NCBI GenBank assembly: GCA_047601445.1 | Contig: JASGJH010000001.1 | Location: 3,584,001 to 3,648,000 of the forward strand | Direction of reading: 5' to 3' | From: Myxococcales bacterium | Lineage (GTDB): Bacteria; Myxococcota_A; Polyangia; Polyangiales; DASUME01 | Length of the DNA: 64,000 bases | Part shown: one piece after another, positions 1-11,000 of the stretch | Layout: the number at the start of each line of letters is the position of its first letter | How positions within the stretch are numbered: the first letter of the stretch is position 1 | Notes under the pieces: model-generated | Database searches by the model: none | Told to the model about the DNA's origin: nothing | What the model saw: the letters and a program-made list of their open reading frames with translations, nothing else | Position numbers and translations under genes: made by a program

Positions 1-1418
1 CCGGCTCCGCGCCCGTCGTTTTTGTGGGGCGGCAGCGGGGGACGCCTGACAGGCGGCGGCAGCTCACCGCGGTTTTCGCTCGATTTTGGCAGGGGCGCAG
101 CGGCGTCCGTGACCGGGAGAACGTTGGGGCTCCCCTCGCTGGCGCCCGCACGAGTGGGCGCTGGCTCACGGGGTTCGACCGCGGCGGGCGCAGCCTCGAG
201 CTTGGCCCCGCTCTCGTCGGTGAGGGGGACGCTGCGAGTGACGCGCCAGAGCCAAGTGGCCGCGGCGAGCAGCACGAAGGCGGCGAAGGTGAGCGGGATG
301 GCCCTGGAGATGGGGGCGCGCGACGCGCGCGGGGGCACCAGGCTGATTTGCTTGGGGGTGCTCTCCGCGTAGCTGCCTGCGAGTGGGCGTCGGTCCGAGT
401 CCGAGCTCTGCTGGAGCATCGGACCATCGGACCAGGGACTGGCCGGGGTGGAGAGCCCAGCTTCGAGCTCGGAGGGCGCCTGTTGCTCGGTGGACGCGGA
501 GTAACGCAGGGCCCGCGCCTCGAGCATATGCTTGCGAACTTCCACTTGCTGAAGCCCCGCGAGCGCCACGCCGAGATGCCTGATCTGTTCCGCGGGCGAC
601 ACGTAGCGCTGGGCGCGATCGTGGCTGCACGAGCGCTGAAACCAGGCGTCGAACTCGGGGCTCGCCACGAAGCCGAGCTCGCTGGGCTTCTGCACGGGCT
701 CGAACACCACGCGGTGCAACAGCCGCAGCGTGTGGTCAGGCGCGAAGTAAGGCACCCCGAACAAGAGCCGGAAGGCGATCATGCCGAGCGCCCAGGTATC
801 GGTGCGCGCATCGAGCAGGCTGGCCTGACCCTGCGCTTGCTCGGGAGACATATAGATGGGCGTGCCGAGCACCGTGCCCTGCTCCGTGCTGCCAGCGCTC
901 CCCTGGGGGACCTGCCCGGTGTTCTTGGCGATGCCGAAATCGAGCAGCTTCACCCAGGGGCGACCGTCCTCCCGTTGCGTGAGGAACATGTTGTCGGGCT
1001 TGAGATCGCGATGAATGATGCCGGCGGCGTGGGCGCGCTCGAGCGCTCGGGCCACCTGGGTGAGGAGCTCCACCACGCGCTCGGGTGGCACCGGCTCGCG
1101 AGCCTCGTACTCGAGGGTGTGCCCCTGCATCAGCTCCATGACCAGGAAGGGCGTGCCGCCCATCTCCTCGGCCGTGCCGGCGTCCGTGATCCGGACCACA
1201 TGTTCGCTGTCGATGGCCGCGGCCAGGCGGGCCTCGCGCCGAAAGCGGGCCACCACCTCCGGGCTAGCCCCCTCGAAGCCTGCCAGGAGCTTCAGAGCGA
1301 CGCGCGCGCCGGTGTGCAGGTGCTCCGCTTCATAGACCGCTCCACCCCCCCCTTTACCGAGCAGGCGAATCGGGCGATAGCGCTCGCCAATCACATTCGG
1401 AAGCGGTGGAAGGGACAC
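1..1418 (-). CDS. Ser/Thr protein kinase (Hanks type) with C-terminal TM segment; 3' end runs off the window
   Basis: Manual minus-strand translation: RYRPIRLLGKGGGGAVYEAEH, VALKLL, IIHRDLKPDNMFL, VKLLDFGIAK, then TM helix AIPLTFAAFVLLAAATWLW. Absent from the ORF track because there is no stop in the window; the + ORF 24..1499 is its antisense shadow. Confidence 0.93.
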   Translation of the reverse strand, partial: MSLPPLPNVIGERYRPIRLLGKGGGGAVYEAEHLHTGARVALKLLAGFEGASPEVVARFRREARLAAAIDSEHVVRITDAGTAEEMGGTPFLVMELMQGHTLEYEAREPVPPERVVELLTQVARALERAHAAGIIHRDLKPDNMFLTQREDGRPWVKLLDFGIAKNTGQVPQGSAGSTEQGTVLGTPIYMSPEQAQGQASLLDARTDTWALGMIAFRLLFGVPYFAPDHTLRLLHRVVFEPVQKPSELGFVASPEFDAWFQRSCSHDRAQRYVSPAEQIRHLGVALAGLQQVEVRKHMLEARALRYSASTEQQAPSELEAGLSTPASPWSDGPMLQQSSDSDRRPLAGSYAESTPKQISLVPPRASRAPISRAIPLTFAAFVLLAAATWLWRVTRSVPLTDESGAKLEAAPAAVEPREPAPTRAGASEGSPNVLPVTDAAAPLPKSSENRGELPPPVRRPPLPPHKNDGRGA

Positions 1419-1527
1419 GCGTCAGGTCGGGGCACTATAGCGAAGAGCAACCGGGCCTGCGGCAGATTCGGTGACTTTTTGCCCCAGCAGAGCCGGTGAT
1501 TGGCTTGCGAGATATCGGAGTTACCGC

Positions 1528-2571
1528 ATGCTCGCGCCGCGGATGCTCAGGGTATTGCTCGCGTTCTGTCTCGGTCTTTGGGCCACGCTCGTGCCGTGTC
1601 TCGCGCTGGCCCAGGGTCAGCCTGCGGATCGCGCCCTGGCCAATGACCTATTTCAGCGGGGTCGCAAGGCTCTGCTAGAGCAACGCTACGCCGAGGCTTG
1701 CCCGCTGCTAGAGGAGAGCCAGCGCCTGGATCCAGCCGGCGGCACTCTGCTCAACCTGGCCCTGTGTCATGAAAACCTCGGCCAGACCGCCACCGCGTGG
1801 ACCGAATATCACGACGCGCTGGCCATCGCGCGGCACGAGCGGCGCAGCGATCGCGCAGAGTTCGCGCTAGCCCACATCGCGAGCCTGGAAGCGCGGCTCT
1901 CGCGCCTGGTGATCGAAGCGGAGCTGCCCCTCGCCGAAGGCCTCGTCATCGAGCGCGACGGCACCGTGCTGAATGCCTCGGTGTGGGGCGAGCCGATGCC
2001 CGTGGACCCCGGCGTGCATAGCGTGCGTGCGCGCGCCCCGGGCTATGTGACGTTCGAGCAGTCGGTGACCATGGCCGATGCTGGGGACACCCAGACCGTG
2101 CGCGTCCCGGTCCTCGCGTTGGTGCCGCCACCCGAGCCGCCGCCTGCGCCGCCCGTGGTGGCGCTTCCCGAACCGCCCGCCGAGATCCCCGAAGAGCCGA
2201 GCGTGCAACTCCCGCCGGAACCCAAGCCAGCCCCCGCACCGCCGCCGCCCGCATGGAAGCGACGTTTGGCCTGGTCGATGTTCGCGGTGTCGTTGGCGTC
2301 TGCCATCACGGCCACCGTCACGGGCGTGCGCGCCATCCGTCTGCGCAACGAAGCCGAGAGCCGCTGCAAAGACGGCTTTTGCACCAACAGTGCCTTCGCG
2401 CTCGATGACAAGTCGACGAAACATGCCCATGCCTCCACGGCGCTCAGCGCGGTGAGCGTGGCGACCGCGGGTGCGGGCCTCGTGTTGTGGTTCGTCCGCG
2501 GACAAGCGCCGCAAGAGCCCGCGCAGGGTCATGTCACCGGGCTTGGATTGAGCATCACGCGCGCCTTCTGA
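1528..2571 (+). CDS. Secreted TPR + PEGA-like protein with Pro-rich linker and C-terminal hydrophobic segments (myxobacterial family)
   Basis: Signal peptide, TPR-like ANDLFQRGRKALLEQRYAEACPLLEESQRLDP/TLLNLALCHE, PEGA-like PMPVDPGVHSVRARAPG; GGAG upstream of ATG 1528. Confidence 0.8.
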   Translation: MLAPRMLRVLLAFCLGLWATLVPCLALAQGQPADRALANDLFQRGRKALLEQRYAEACPLLEESQRLDPAGGTLLNLALCHENLGQTATAWTEYHDALAIARHERRSDRAEFALAHIASLEARLSRLVIEAELPLAEGLVIERDGTVLNASVWGEPMPVDPGVHSVRARAPGYVTFEQSVTMADAGDTQTVRVPVLALVPPPEPPPAPPVVALPEPPAEIPEEPSVQLPPEPKPAPAPPPPAWKRRLAWSMFAVSLASAITATVTGVRAIRLRNEAESRCKDGFCTNSAFALDDKSTKHAHASTALSAVSVATAGAGLVLWFVRGQAPQEPAQGHVTGLGLSITRAF

Positions 2572-2854
2572 GCGGCTCCGGCACGCTCGTGCAACAACGC
2601 CACAGCTGTGCTGCGAAACGATCGCGCTGCTAGAGCTGCGCGCATCGAGAGTCCTTGCTCGGCGTATGTAACGCTCCAAGAATGTCCCTTGTGGAGCGGA
2701 GCACGTAACTCTGCGCATCCCAGGATAGACACACGCTGCGACGCGGAGTCTCCGCCGAGCTTGGTTCGCCAATAGTGAGCTCGTGGGCTGACTGCCCACT
2801 GCGACCGCCTCGACTCTTCAGCGAGTCACGAGCGCGAGCAAAACAAACGAAAGT

Positions 2855-4013
2855 GTGGCAACGGTGCGCTATCTCCTGCCGATTCTTGGTCTATTGCTGG
2901 TCATCGGCGGCTTGGCTGGGGTCAAGTTCTCGCAGTTTTCCAGTCTCATGAGCGCCGGTGAAAAGTTCGCGAAGATGGGTCCGCCACCCGAGACGGTGAG
3001 TACGGACGTATCACGCAAGCTGGTCTGGGAAGGCTCGCTCTCGGCTGTCGGCAGCATCGCGGCAGTGCGCGGCGTGGCCATCAGCAACGAGTCGCCTGGC
3101 GTGGTGAAGAAGATCCTGTTCGAGTCCGGGAACATGGCCAAAGCGGGACAGGTCTTGGTCGAGCTCGACACCAGCGTGGAGCAAGCCCAGCTGGCCACCA
3201 CGCAGGCTCGCCGTCAGCTCGCCGAGCAGACCCTGGCGCGCACGCAGGCGCTCTCCGCTGGCAAGGCCGTACCCAAATCGCAGATCGACAACGACGAGGC
3301 TCAGCTCAAATCCGTGACGGCAGAGGTGGCCGGGCTCGAGGCACAGAATCGCGCGCAAAGTCATCCGCGCACCCTTTGCCGGCAAGCTCGGGATTCGCGC
3401 GGTGAACCTCGGCCAGTATCTGAGCCCCGGCACGGTCCTGACCACGCTCGAAGCGCTCGACTCGGTGTTCGTAGACTTCACGTTGCCGCAGCAGGCCCTG
3501 GCTAGCGTGCAGAGCGGGCAGCCCGTGCGCATCAGCCTGGATGCCCAAGCGGACATCAGCGTCGACGGAACCATCACGGCAGTCGACCCGTCGCTCAACT
3601 CCGCCACGCGTGCCCTACGCGTGCGGGCCAGCGTGCCGAACAAGGAGCAGAAGTTTCGCCCGGGCATGTTCGCCAATGTGTCGGTGGTGTTGCCGGAGCG
3701 CTCCAGCATCGTCGCCGTGCCGATGACGGCTGTGGTGCACGCACCCTATGGTGACTCGGTGTTCCTGGTCGAGCCGCTCAAGTCGCCCACCGCAGAGCTA
3801 CCGGCGGGCACGCCCCCCATGGAGCAGGTGCGCCAGCAGTTCGTGCGCCTGGGCGAGGAGCGCGGCGACTTCGTGGAGGTCGTCGAGGGCTTGAAAGAGG
3901 GCGTCACGGTGGTCTCGGCAGGCGCATTCAAGCTGCGCAACGGCGCCAAGATCGTGGTCAACAACAAGGTCAAAGCAGAGGCCCAGGTCAACCCCCGGCC
4001 CGCCAACCGCTGA
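2855..4013 (+). CDS. RND efflux periplasmic adaptor (MFP); +1 frameshift at ~3347, likely a sequencing error
   Basis: ORFs 2855..3505 and 3402..4013 join when one A is removed from GAATC (3346-3350), restoring IARKVIRAPFAGKLGI; also FRPGMFA. Confidence 0.92.
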
Positions 4014-4019
4014 GGCGCC

Positions 4020-7000
4020 ATGAAATTCACCGATATCTTTATCCGGCGCCCGGTCCTCGCGATCGTGGTCAACCTGGTGATCATCATCGCGGGCTTGCAA
4101 GCCGTGCGCAGCCTCTCGGTGCGGCAGTACCCCAAGCTCGAGAGCGCGACCGTCACCGTCATCACGCCCTACGTGGGCGCCAGTGCGGATCTGGTGCGCG
4201 GCTTCATCACCACGCCGCTCGAGCGATCCATCGCAGCGGCGGACGGCATCGACTACATCGAATCCCAGAGCGCCCAGGGCCTCTCCACCATCAACGTCCG
4301 CCTCAAGCTCAACTACCCGGCCAGCAACGCGCTGGCGGACATCAGCGCGCGCGTGAACCAGGTGCGCGCCGACCTGCCTCCAGAGGCGGAGATTCCGTCC
4401 ATCAGAGATCGAGCCGTCGGACGCGCAGATCGCGGCCATGTACCTCAGCTTCGGCTCGGACATTCTCGAGGAGAACCAGGTCACCGACTACCTGATCCGC
4501 ATCGTTCAGCCGCGCCTGTCCGCCATCGACGGCGTGCAGCGCGCCGATATCCTGGGCGGACGCACCTTCGCCATCCGCGCGTGGCTCAAGCCCGAGTTGA
4601 TGGCGGCCCACAACGTGAGCCCGTCCCAGGTGCGCGCGGCCCTGGCAGCCAACAACTACCTCTCGGCCGTGGGCCAGACCAAGGGCCAGCTGGTGCAGGT
4701 GAACCTCACCGCCAACACCAACCTCGAGACGGTGGACGAGTTCAAGAACCTAGTCGTGCGCGAGGAAGGCGGCAGCCTGGTGCGGCTGCGGGACGTGGCC
4801 GACGTGGTGTTGGGAGCCGACACCTACGAGCAGGACGTGCGCATGTCCGGCAAGAAAGCCGTGTTCATGGGCGTGTGGGTGCTACCGAACGCCAACTCAC
4901 TCGACGTCATCAACGCCGTACGGCGCGAGATGGAGATCGTGAAGGAGGAGCTGCCCAGCGGGCTCAGCGCGGGCGTCGCCTTCGACTCTACCAAGTACAT
5001 CGACAGCGCCATGGACGAGGTGGTGAAGACGCTGACCGAGACCGTGCTGATCGTGATCGTGGTGATCTTCCTGTTCCTGGGCTCGCTGCGCACGGTGATC
5101 GTGCCCCTGGTGGCCATCCCGGTCTCGCTCATCGGCGCCGTGTTCTTGATGCAGGCGCTGGGCTTCACGGTGAACCTGCTGACGCTGCTGGCCATCGTAC
5201 TGTCGGTGGGTCTGGTAGTGGACGACGCCATCGTGGTGGTCGAGAACGTGGAGCGGCACATGCGCGAGGGGCGATCGCGTCTGGACGCGGCGCTGCTCGG
5301 GGCACGCGAACTGGTGGGCCCCATCATCGCCATGACCATCACCTTGGCCGCGGTGTACGCCCCGATCGGCTTCCAGAGCGGTCTCACGGGAGCCCTGTTC
5401 CGTGAGTTCGCCTTCACGCTGGCGGGCGCCGTGTTCATCTCGGGCCTGGTGGCCCTCACGCTGTCGCCGATGATGTCCTCCAAGCTGGTTCCGCCACACG
5501 ACCAGCAGGGCTGGCTCAACCGGCGCATCGATCGCGTGTTCGATGCGGTACGCAACGCCTACGATCGCGCGCTAGCGGCCACGCTGCGTGTGCGTCCCGT
5601 GGTGTACGCCATCTGGATCGCGCTCACGCTCGTGGTCTTCCCGATGTACCTGTTCTCGCCGGCGGAGCTGGCGCCCAACGAAGACCAGGGCGTGGTGTTC
5701 AGCGCGCTCGATTTGCCCGCCAACGCCACGCTCGAGCAGCTCATGCCCTACACCGAGCAGATCTACAAGATCTACGCGAGCGTCCCCGAGTTCGACCACA
5801 GCTTCCAGCTCACCTTTCCGACCCAGGGCTTCGGCGGCATGCTCGCCAAGCCCTGGAGCGAGCGCAAGCGCACCATCTTCGACATCCAGGGAGAGCTGGC
5901 GGGCAAGCTAAGCGATGTACCGGGTGTGCGTGCGCCGGCTTTCCTGCCTTCGGCATTGCCCAGCGCGGGCCTGTTTCCCGTGGAATTCGTGATCGCCTCC
6001 ACGGCCAGCCACGAGGAGATGCTGCCCTTCGCCAACAAGCTGGTGGAGAGCGCGGCCCAGAGCGGCAACTTCGCATTCCCACCCATCCTCGACGTGAAAA
6101 TCGATCAGGCCAAGGCCGACATCGTGCTCGATCGCGACAAGATCGCCTCGATGGGGCTCTCCATGTCGGCCATCGGCTCCGACCTGGCCGCGATGATCGG
6201 CGGCAACTTCGTCAACCGCTTCAACATCGAGGGCCGCAGCTACAAGGTCATCGCCCAGGTCGACCGCAAGAGTCGCCTGACCAGCGAGCAGCTGCGCGAC
6301 ATCCATGTCAGCGGCGCCCGCGGTGAGTTGATGCCGTTGGCAGCGGTGGCCACGGTGAAGCGCGGCGTGGAGCCGCGCACGCTCAACCGCTTCCAGCAGC
6401 TCAACGCCATCAAGATCTCGGGCGTGGCGGCGCAGTCCCTGGAGACCAGCCTGACGTCCCTGGAGGACCAGGCGAAGGCCATCTTGCCACCTGGCTATCG
6501 CATGGACTACACAGGCGAGTCACGCCAGCTGCGCGAGGAAGGCGGCAAGTTCCTACCCGCCATGGGGCTCGCCTTGCTGCTCATCTTCCTGGTGCTGGCG
6601 GCCCAGTTCAACTCCTTCCGCGACCCGTTCGTGATCCTGGCCGGCTCGGTGCCGCTCGCGATGTTCGGCGCGCTGATCTTCTCCTTCCTCAAGTTCACGG
6701 GTCCGCCGGGATTGACGTTCCCGCTCACCGAGGGCTGGACCACCACCATGAACATCTACTCGCAGGTCGGGTTGGTGACGCTGGTGGGCCTGGTTTCCAA
6801 GAACGGCATTCTGATCGTGGAGTTCGCCAACGCCGAGCAAGAACGGGGCGCCTCCAAGCTCGACGCGGTGCGCGAGGCCGCACGCACCCGCCTGCGCCCG
6901 ATCTTGATGACCACCATCGCCACGGTAGTGGGTCATTTCCCGCTCACGTTGGTGACCGGACCCGGCGCGGCGGCGCGCAACTCCATCGGCGTGGTGCTGG

Positions 7001-7149
7001 TGGGGGGGATGGCCATCGGGACGCTGTTCACGCTGTTCGTGGTGCCCTCGGTGTACGTGCTGATTGCGAAGGACCACACGAAGGATCGTGCCAAGCTTGG
7101 CGAGGGAGCCCCGCAAGCGCTCCCCACGCCGTTGCAGCAGCCAACCTGA
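4020..7149 (+). CDS. RND efflux permease (AcrB/MexW-like); +1 frameshift at ~4394-4405
   Basis: N-terminus MKFTDIFIRRPVLA, GLVVDDAIVVVEN, GLVSKNGILIVEFA, RLRPILMTT; two ORFs joined by removing one base next to GATC. Confidence 0.95.
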
Positions 7150-7167
7150 GCGCACGAGGATTTCGTC

Positions 7168-8037
7168 ATGATCACGTTTCTGGGTACGGGCTTACTCGGA
7201 GCCAACTTCGTTCGTGCCGCGCTGCGGCGCGGCGAGAGCGTCACGGTCTACAACCGCACGCGCGCCAAGGCCGAGGCGCTGGCCCAGCTGGGCGCCCGCG
7301 TGGCCGACAGTCCGCGCGAGGCCGTGACCTCCGCCGAGCGAGTGCACATCGTGTTGTCGGATGATGCTGCGGTGGACGAGGTACTGGAGGCGGCGCTGCC
7401 GGCGTTGAGCCCGCAGGCCGTGATCATCGACCACACCACCACCTCGGTCACGGGCACACGAGCGCGCCGGGAGCGCCTCACACAGCGCGGCGTGGCCTTT
7501 CAGCACGCGCCAGTGTTCATGGGACCGCAGAACGCCCTGGACGCCACGGGGGTGATGTTGATCTCGGGCGCGTCCGAGCGTGTGGAAGCGCTGCGACCGG
7601 TGCTGGAGAAGATGACGGGCAAGCTCTCCTACCTGGGACCCGACCCGGAACGCGCAGCGGCCTTCAAGCTGATGGGCAACCTGTTCCTGATGTTCATCAC
7701 GGCGGGCCTGTCGGACGTGTTGACGCTGGGCAAGGCGCTCGGCATTCCGCCGCAAGAGGCCGCCACCCTCTTCGACGTGTTCAACCCCGCGGTCACGCTG
7801 GCTCCGCGCCTCACGCGCATCCTCGGCGCCGAGTTCCACAAGCCCTCGTGGGAGCTCGCCATGGCGCGCAAGGATGCCCGCCTGATGCTGGAGGAAGGTG
7901 TGCAGGGCAACAGCCCGCTGGCGATGTTACCGGCGATTGCCGAGGTCATGGATCGCTTCATCGTGCGCGGACACGGCAAGGACGACTGGACCGTGATCGC
8001 CAAGGACGCGCTCCCGGGCAAGACGACCGGACCATGA
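7168..8037 (+). CDS. NAD(P)-dependent oxidoreductase, 3-hydroxyisobutyrate dehydrogenase family
   Basis: Rossmann GTGLLG, YNRT, DHTT, APVFMG, FKLMGN, ARKDARL. Confidence 0.88.
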   Translation: MITFLGTGLLGANFVRAALRRGESVTVYNRTRAKAEALAQLGARVADSPREAVTSAERVHIVLSDDAAVDEVLEAALPALSPQAVIIDHTTTSVTGTRARRERLTQRGVAFQHAPVFMGPQNALDATGVMLISGASERVEALRPVLEKMTGKLSYLGPDPERAAAFKLMGNLFLMFITAGLSDVLTLGKALGIPPQEAATLFDVFNPAVTLAPRLTRILGAEFHKPSWELAMARKDARLMLEEGVQGNSPLAMLPAIAEVMDRFIVRGHGKDDWTVIAKDALPGKTTGP

Positions 8038-8050
8038 TATAGCTGGGCTG

Positions 8051-11000
8051 GTGTCCGAGCAGCTTGCACTGACCGAGCTGGCCAACCAGCTCCTTCGTCA
8101 CGCCGAGCCGAGCTTGCTCGACGCGCGGCTCGACGTGCTCGGCGAGCGCCTCGAGGACCAGGAGGTCGCCTCGCTGCTGCGGGCGAGCTTCGAGGCAGGC
8201 GAGGCGGATTCGCTGCGCGACCTGCTGGCCGAGGAGCGCTTCGCGGCCTGGATCGATCGCACGCTGACGAGCAGCGAAGAGCAAAGGCTCGAACAGGAGC
8301 TGACGCGTCTCCTGGGTGGCGCGGGCACGGCCGGTGTGGATGATCCCGAGCGCCTGGTGCGCATCCCCTCCGTACCCGATGGCTACGCGGAGCTGCAGGC
8401 CTGGGCCGAAGAGTACGATGTGGTCGAAGCTTTGCGCCGGCCCGCACGGGAGTTGTGGCCGGCTCAGCGCACCCAGGACGAGCACCTGACGCTGATGGAA
8501 GCCGCCCTCGGGGAGTACGAGCCACACACTCCCGCGAAGGCCTCCGACCTGAACCCGCAAGCGGACCTGAGGAGCCTCGCGCGCGCCCACCTGCGCAGGC
8601 TGGCGCTCTCGCGCGGCGCGCTCGGGGCGCGCACGAGTCTGTGGAGGCGGCGCGAAGCCGGCCACCCTGCCCTGCGCGTCCTGTGTGAGCGACTGCGCGC
8701 GCTGGTCATCAAGACCTCGCTGAGCGAGCTCCATCTACAGCGCTTCGTCCCGGCCCATCCGGTGCAGCTGGAACTACCCACGGGCGTGGCGCACGCACGC
8801 CTCACTGCGGCTGATGCACGCGAGGCGCACGAGCACGGCTCGGGACTTGCGGCACACCCGAAGGTGGCCGTGAACCTATTCCTCTCCGGCTATGAGCAGC
8901 GCGCCATCGAGGGCGAGTGCACGCACTGTGCGGGGAGCCGCTGCATTCATGTGGTGAGCGTGGCTGCGCGCCTGCTCGACGCCTGCCTCGACGTCGAAGA
9001 CCGCTTGCACGGCCGTCTGTGTGAGTGGGTCGAGGTGCCGTCCTGGAAGCGGGTCCTGCACGAGCTAACCGAACCGGAACGCGTCCGCGAGGCGCGCGGC
9101 GAGCACATCGTCTTTCAGCTGCGCAGCACGCCGCGTGGGGTACTCGTGGGCAGCTTCTTGATGAAGGCACCGTCCGACGGGCGCGCCTCGGCGGGCAAGC
9201 TGTGCACGCCCCAGCAGCTCTTGCGACACGGCGCCTGCAGTGATCTCGACCGACCGGTGCTGGAAGCCATGGTGCCTCACGCGCGCGCCATGAACCCAAG
9301 CTTCGTGCCGGCCGACATGGCGCTGCTGCGCGTGCTGTGTGAGCATCCCGCGATCCAGCGCGAGGGTCAGGCCGCCACCGTGCGGGTGGTCGAGGGCATT
9401 CTGAGCGTGGAACTGCTCGAACAAGCAGGCGGGCTGTTGCCGCGCGTAAGCCTCCATGGCGAGCCCATCGCGCCCGGCGCCGAGCACGCAGCAAGCTACG
9501 TGGTGTGTGAGCCGGCCGAACAAAACCAGCTGATTTTTGCGCCCCTCACTCAACCTCTGCGCAAGTTGCTGCGGGCGCTCTCGCATTTCCGCGGTGTGTT
9601 CCCCGAAGAGAGCTTTCCCGTGCTGGCCCCCTGGCTGAGCTCCCTGCGCGGCGCGGCCGAGGTGCAGGCACCGAAGAGCCTGGCCGGCCACGAGCGCCCC
9701 ACGCCGCGGCGTTTGCTGCTGCGCTTCACGCCGGGGGCCGACGAGGGCCTCGTGCTCGCGCTCAGCTTTCGGCCGCTCCCACTTGGCGCCGTCTATCCGC
9801 CCGGACGTGGACCCGCGTTGGTGCACGGGCTGGAGGACGGCAAGCCGATCCATGCGCGGCGCGATCTCGCCTGGGAAGCCCAGGAGGCCAACCGCGTGCT
9901 CCAGGCACTCGAGCTGAGCCAGCAGATCCGCGTGGACGCCTTCAGCTACGCCATCGAGACCACCCAGGATGCCCTGGGCGTGCTGGCGCGCGCCGCGCGA
10001 CTGGGCGAAGCCGTGAGTATCGAGTGGGCCGAGCGCGCGCGCCCGTGGAGTTTCGCCGGGACGGCGCACAAGGCCGACCTGAAGGTGGAGATCTTCAAGA
10101 AGGGCCAATGGTTCTCCTTGCAGGGAGGGCTCCGCCACGGCGACACGCTGATCGCGGTGAGCACCCTGCTCGAGGCAGCGCGGCGCGGCGAGCGCTTCGT
10201 GGAGGTGGAGGGACACAGCTTCCTCGAGCTCGAGCAAGCCCTATTCGAGCGCCTGGAAAACGCCCAGCTGTGTTTGATGGAGCTCTCGCCGAAGGACCTC
10301 AAGCTCGCTCCAGCGGCGTTGCCCTATTGGTTGCAAGAACTCGGGGACCAAAGCCGCGGCGGCGACGCCGCGAGCAACGCCTGGCTCGAGCGGATGGCTT
10401 CCGCACGGGACCGTCACGACACGACGCACGCCGCGAGCAGCTCCAGCGCAACCGCCCTGCCCGAGCTCGGCATCACTTTGCGTCCCTATCAGGAGCGCGG
10501 CGTGCGCTGGATGCTGAGCCAGGCAGAGTGGGCACACGGCGTGTGTTTGGCCGACGAGATGGGCCTCGGAAAGACACTTCAGGCCGGCAGCGTGCTCGCG
10601 GCGCGTGCCGACCTCGGCCCCGCTTTGGTGGTCGCCCCGACCTCCTTGCTCGACAACTGGCGCGTCGAGCTCACACGCTGCTCCAGCCGGCTCAAACCCC
10701 TCGTGTATCGCGGCAGCGAGCGCGGTGGTTTGCTGGCTGCGCTCGGCCCGGGTGACGTGGTGCTGGTGAGCTACGAGACCTTGCTGCGCGACGTGCGCGC
10801 CTTCGACTCGTTGCACTTCGCGACCCAGATCATCGACGAAGCGCAGGTGATCAAGAATGCCCGCACGCAGCGCGCACAGGCGGTTGCCGAGGTTCAGGCC
10901 GACTTCCGCATCGCGCTGTCGGGCACGCCCATCGAAAACCGGCTGGGCGACCTGTGGAGCCTGCTCGATCTCTTGGCGCCGGGGCTGCTCGGTCCGTGGC

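Noticed and set aside
24..1499. Long + strand ORF, and similar long ORFs at 22726..25278, 17649..19391, 31858..33555 and 37891..39342
   Set aside because: Antisense shadows of real genes, expected in high-GC DNA; no recognisable motifs.
2855..7149. RND MFP and permease as true pseudogenes or programmed frameshifts
   Set aside because: Single +1 events at GATC with otherwise intact motifs and no slippery sequence; the same pattern occurs in three unrelated genes.
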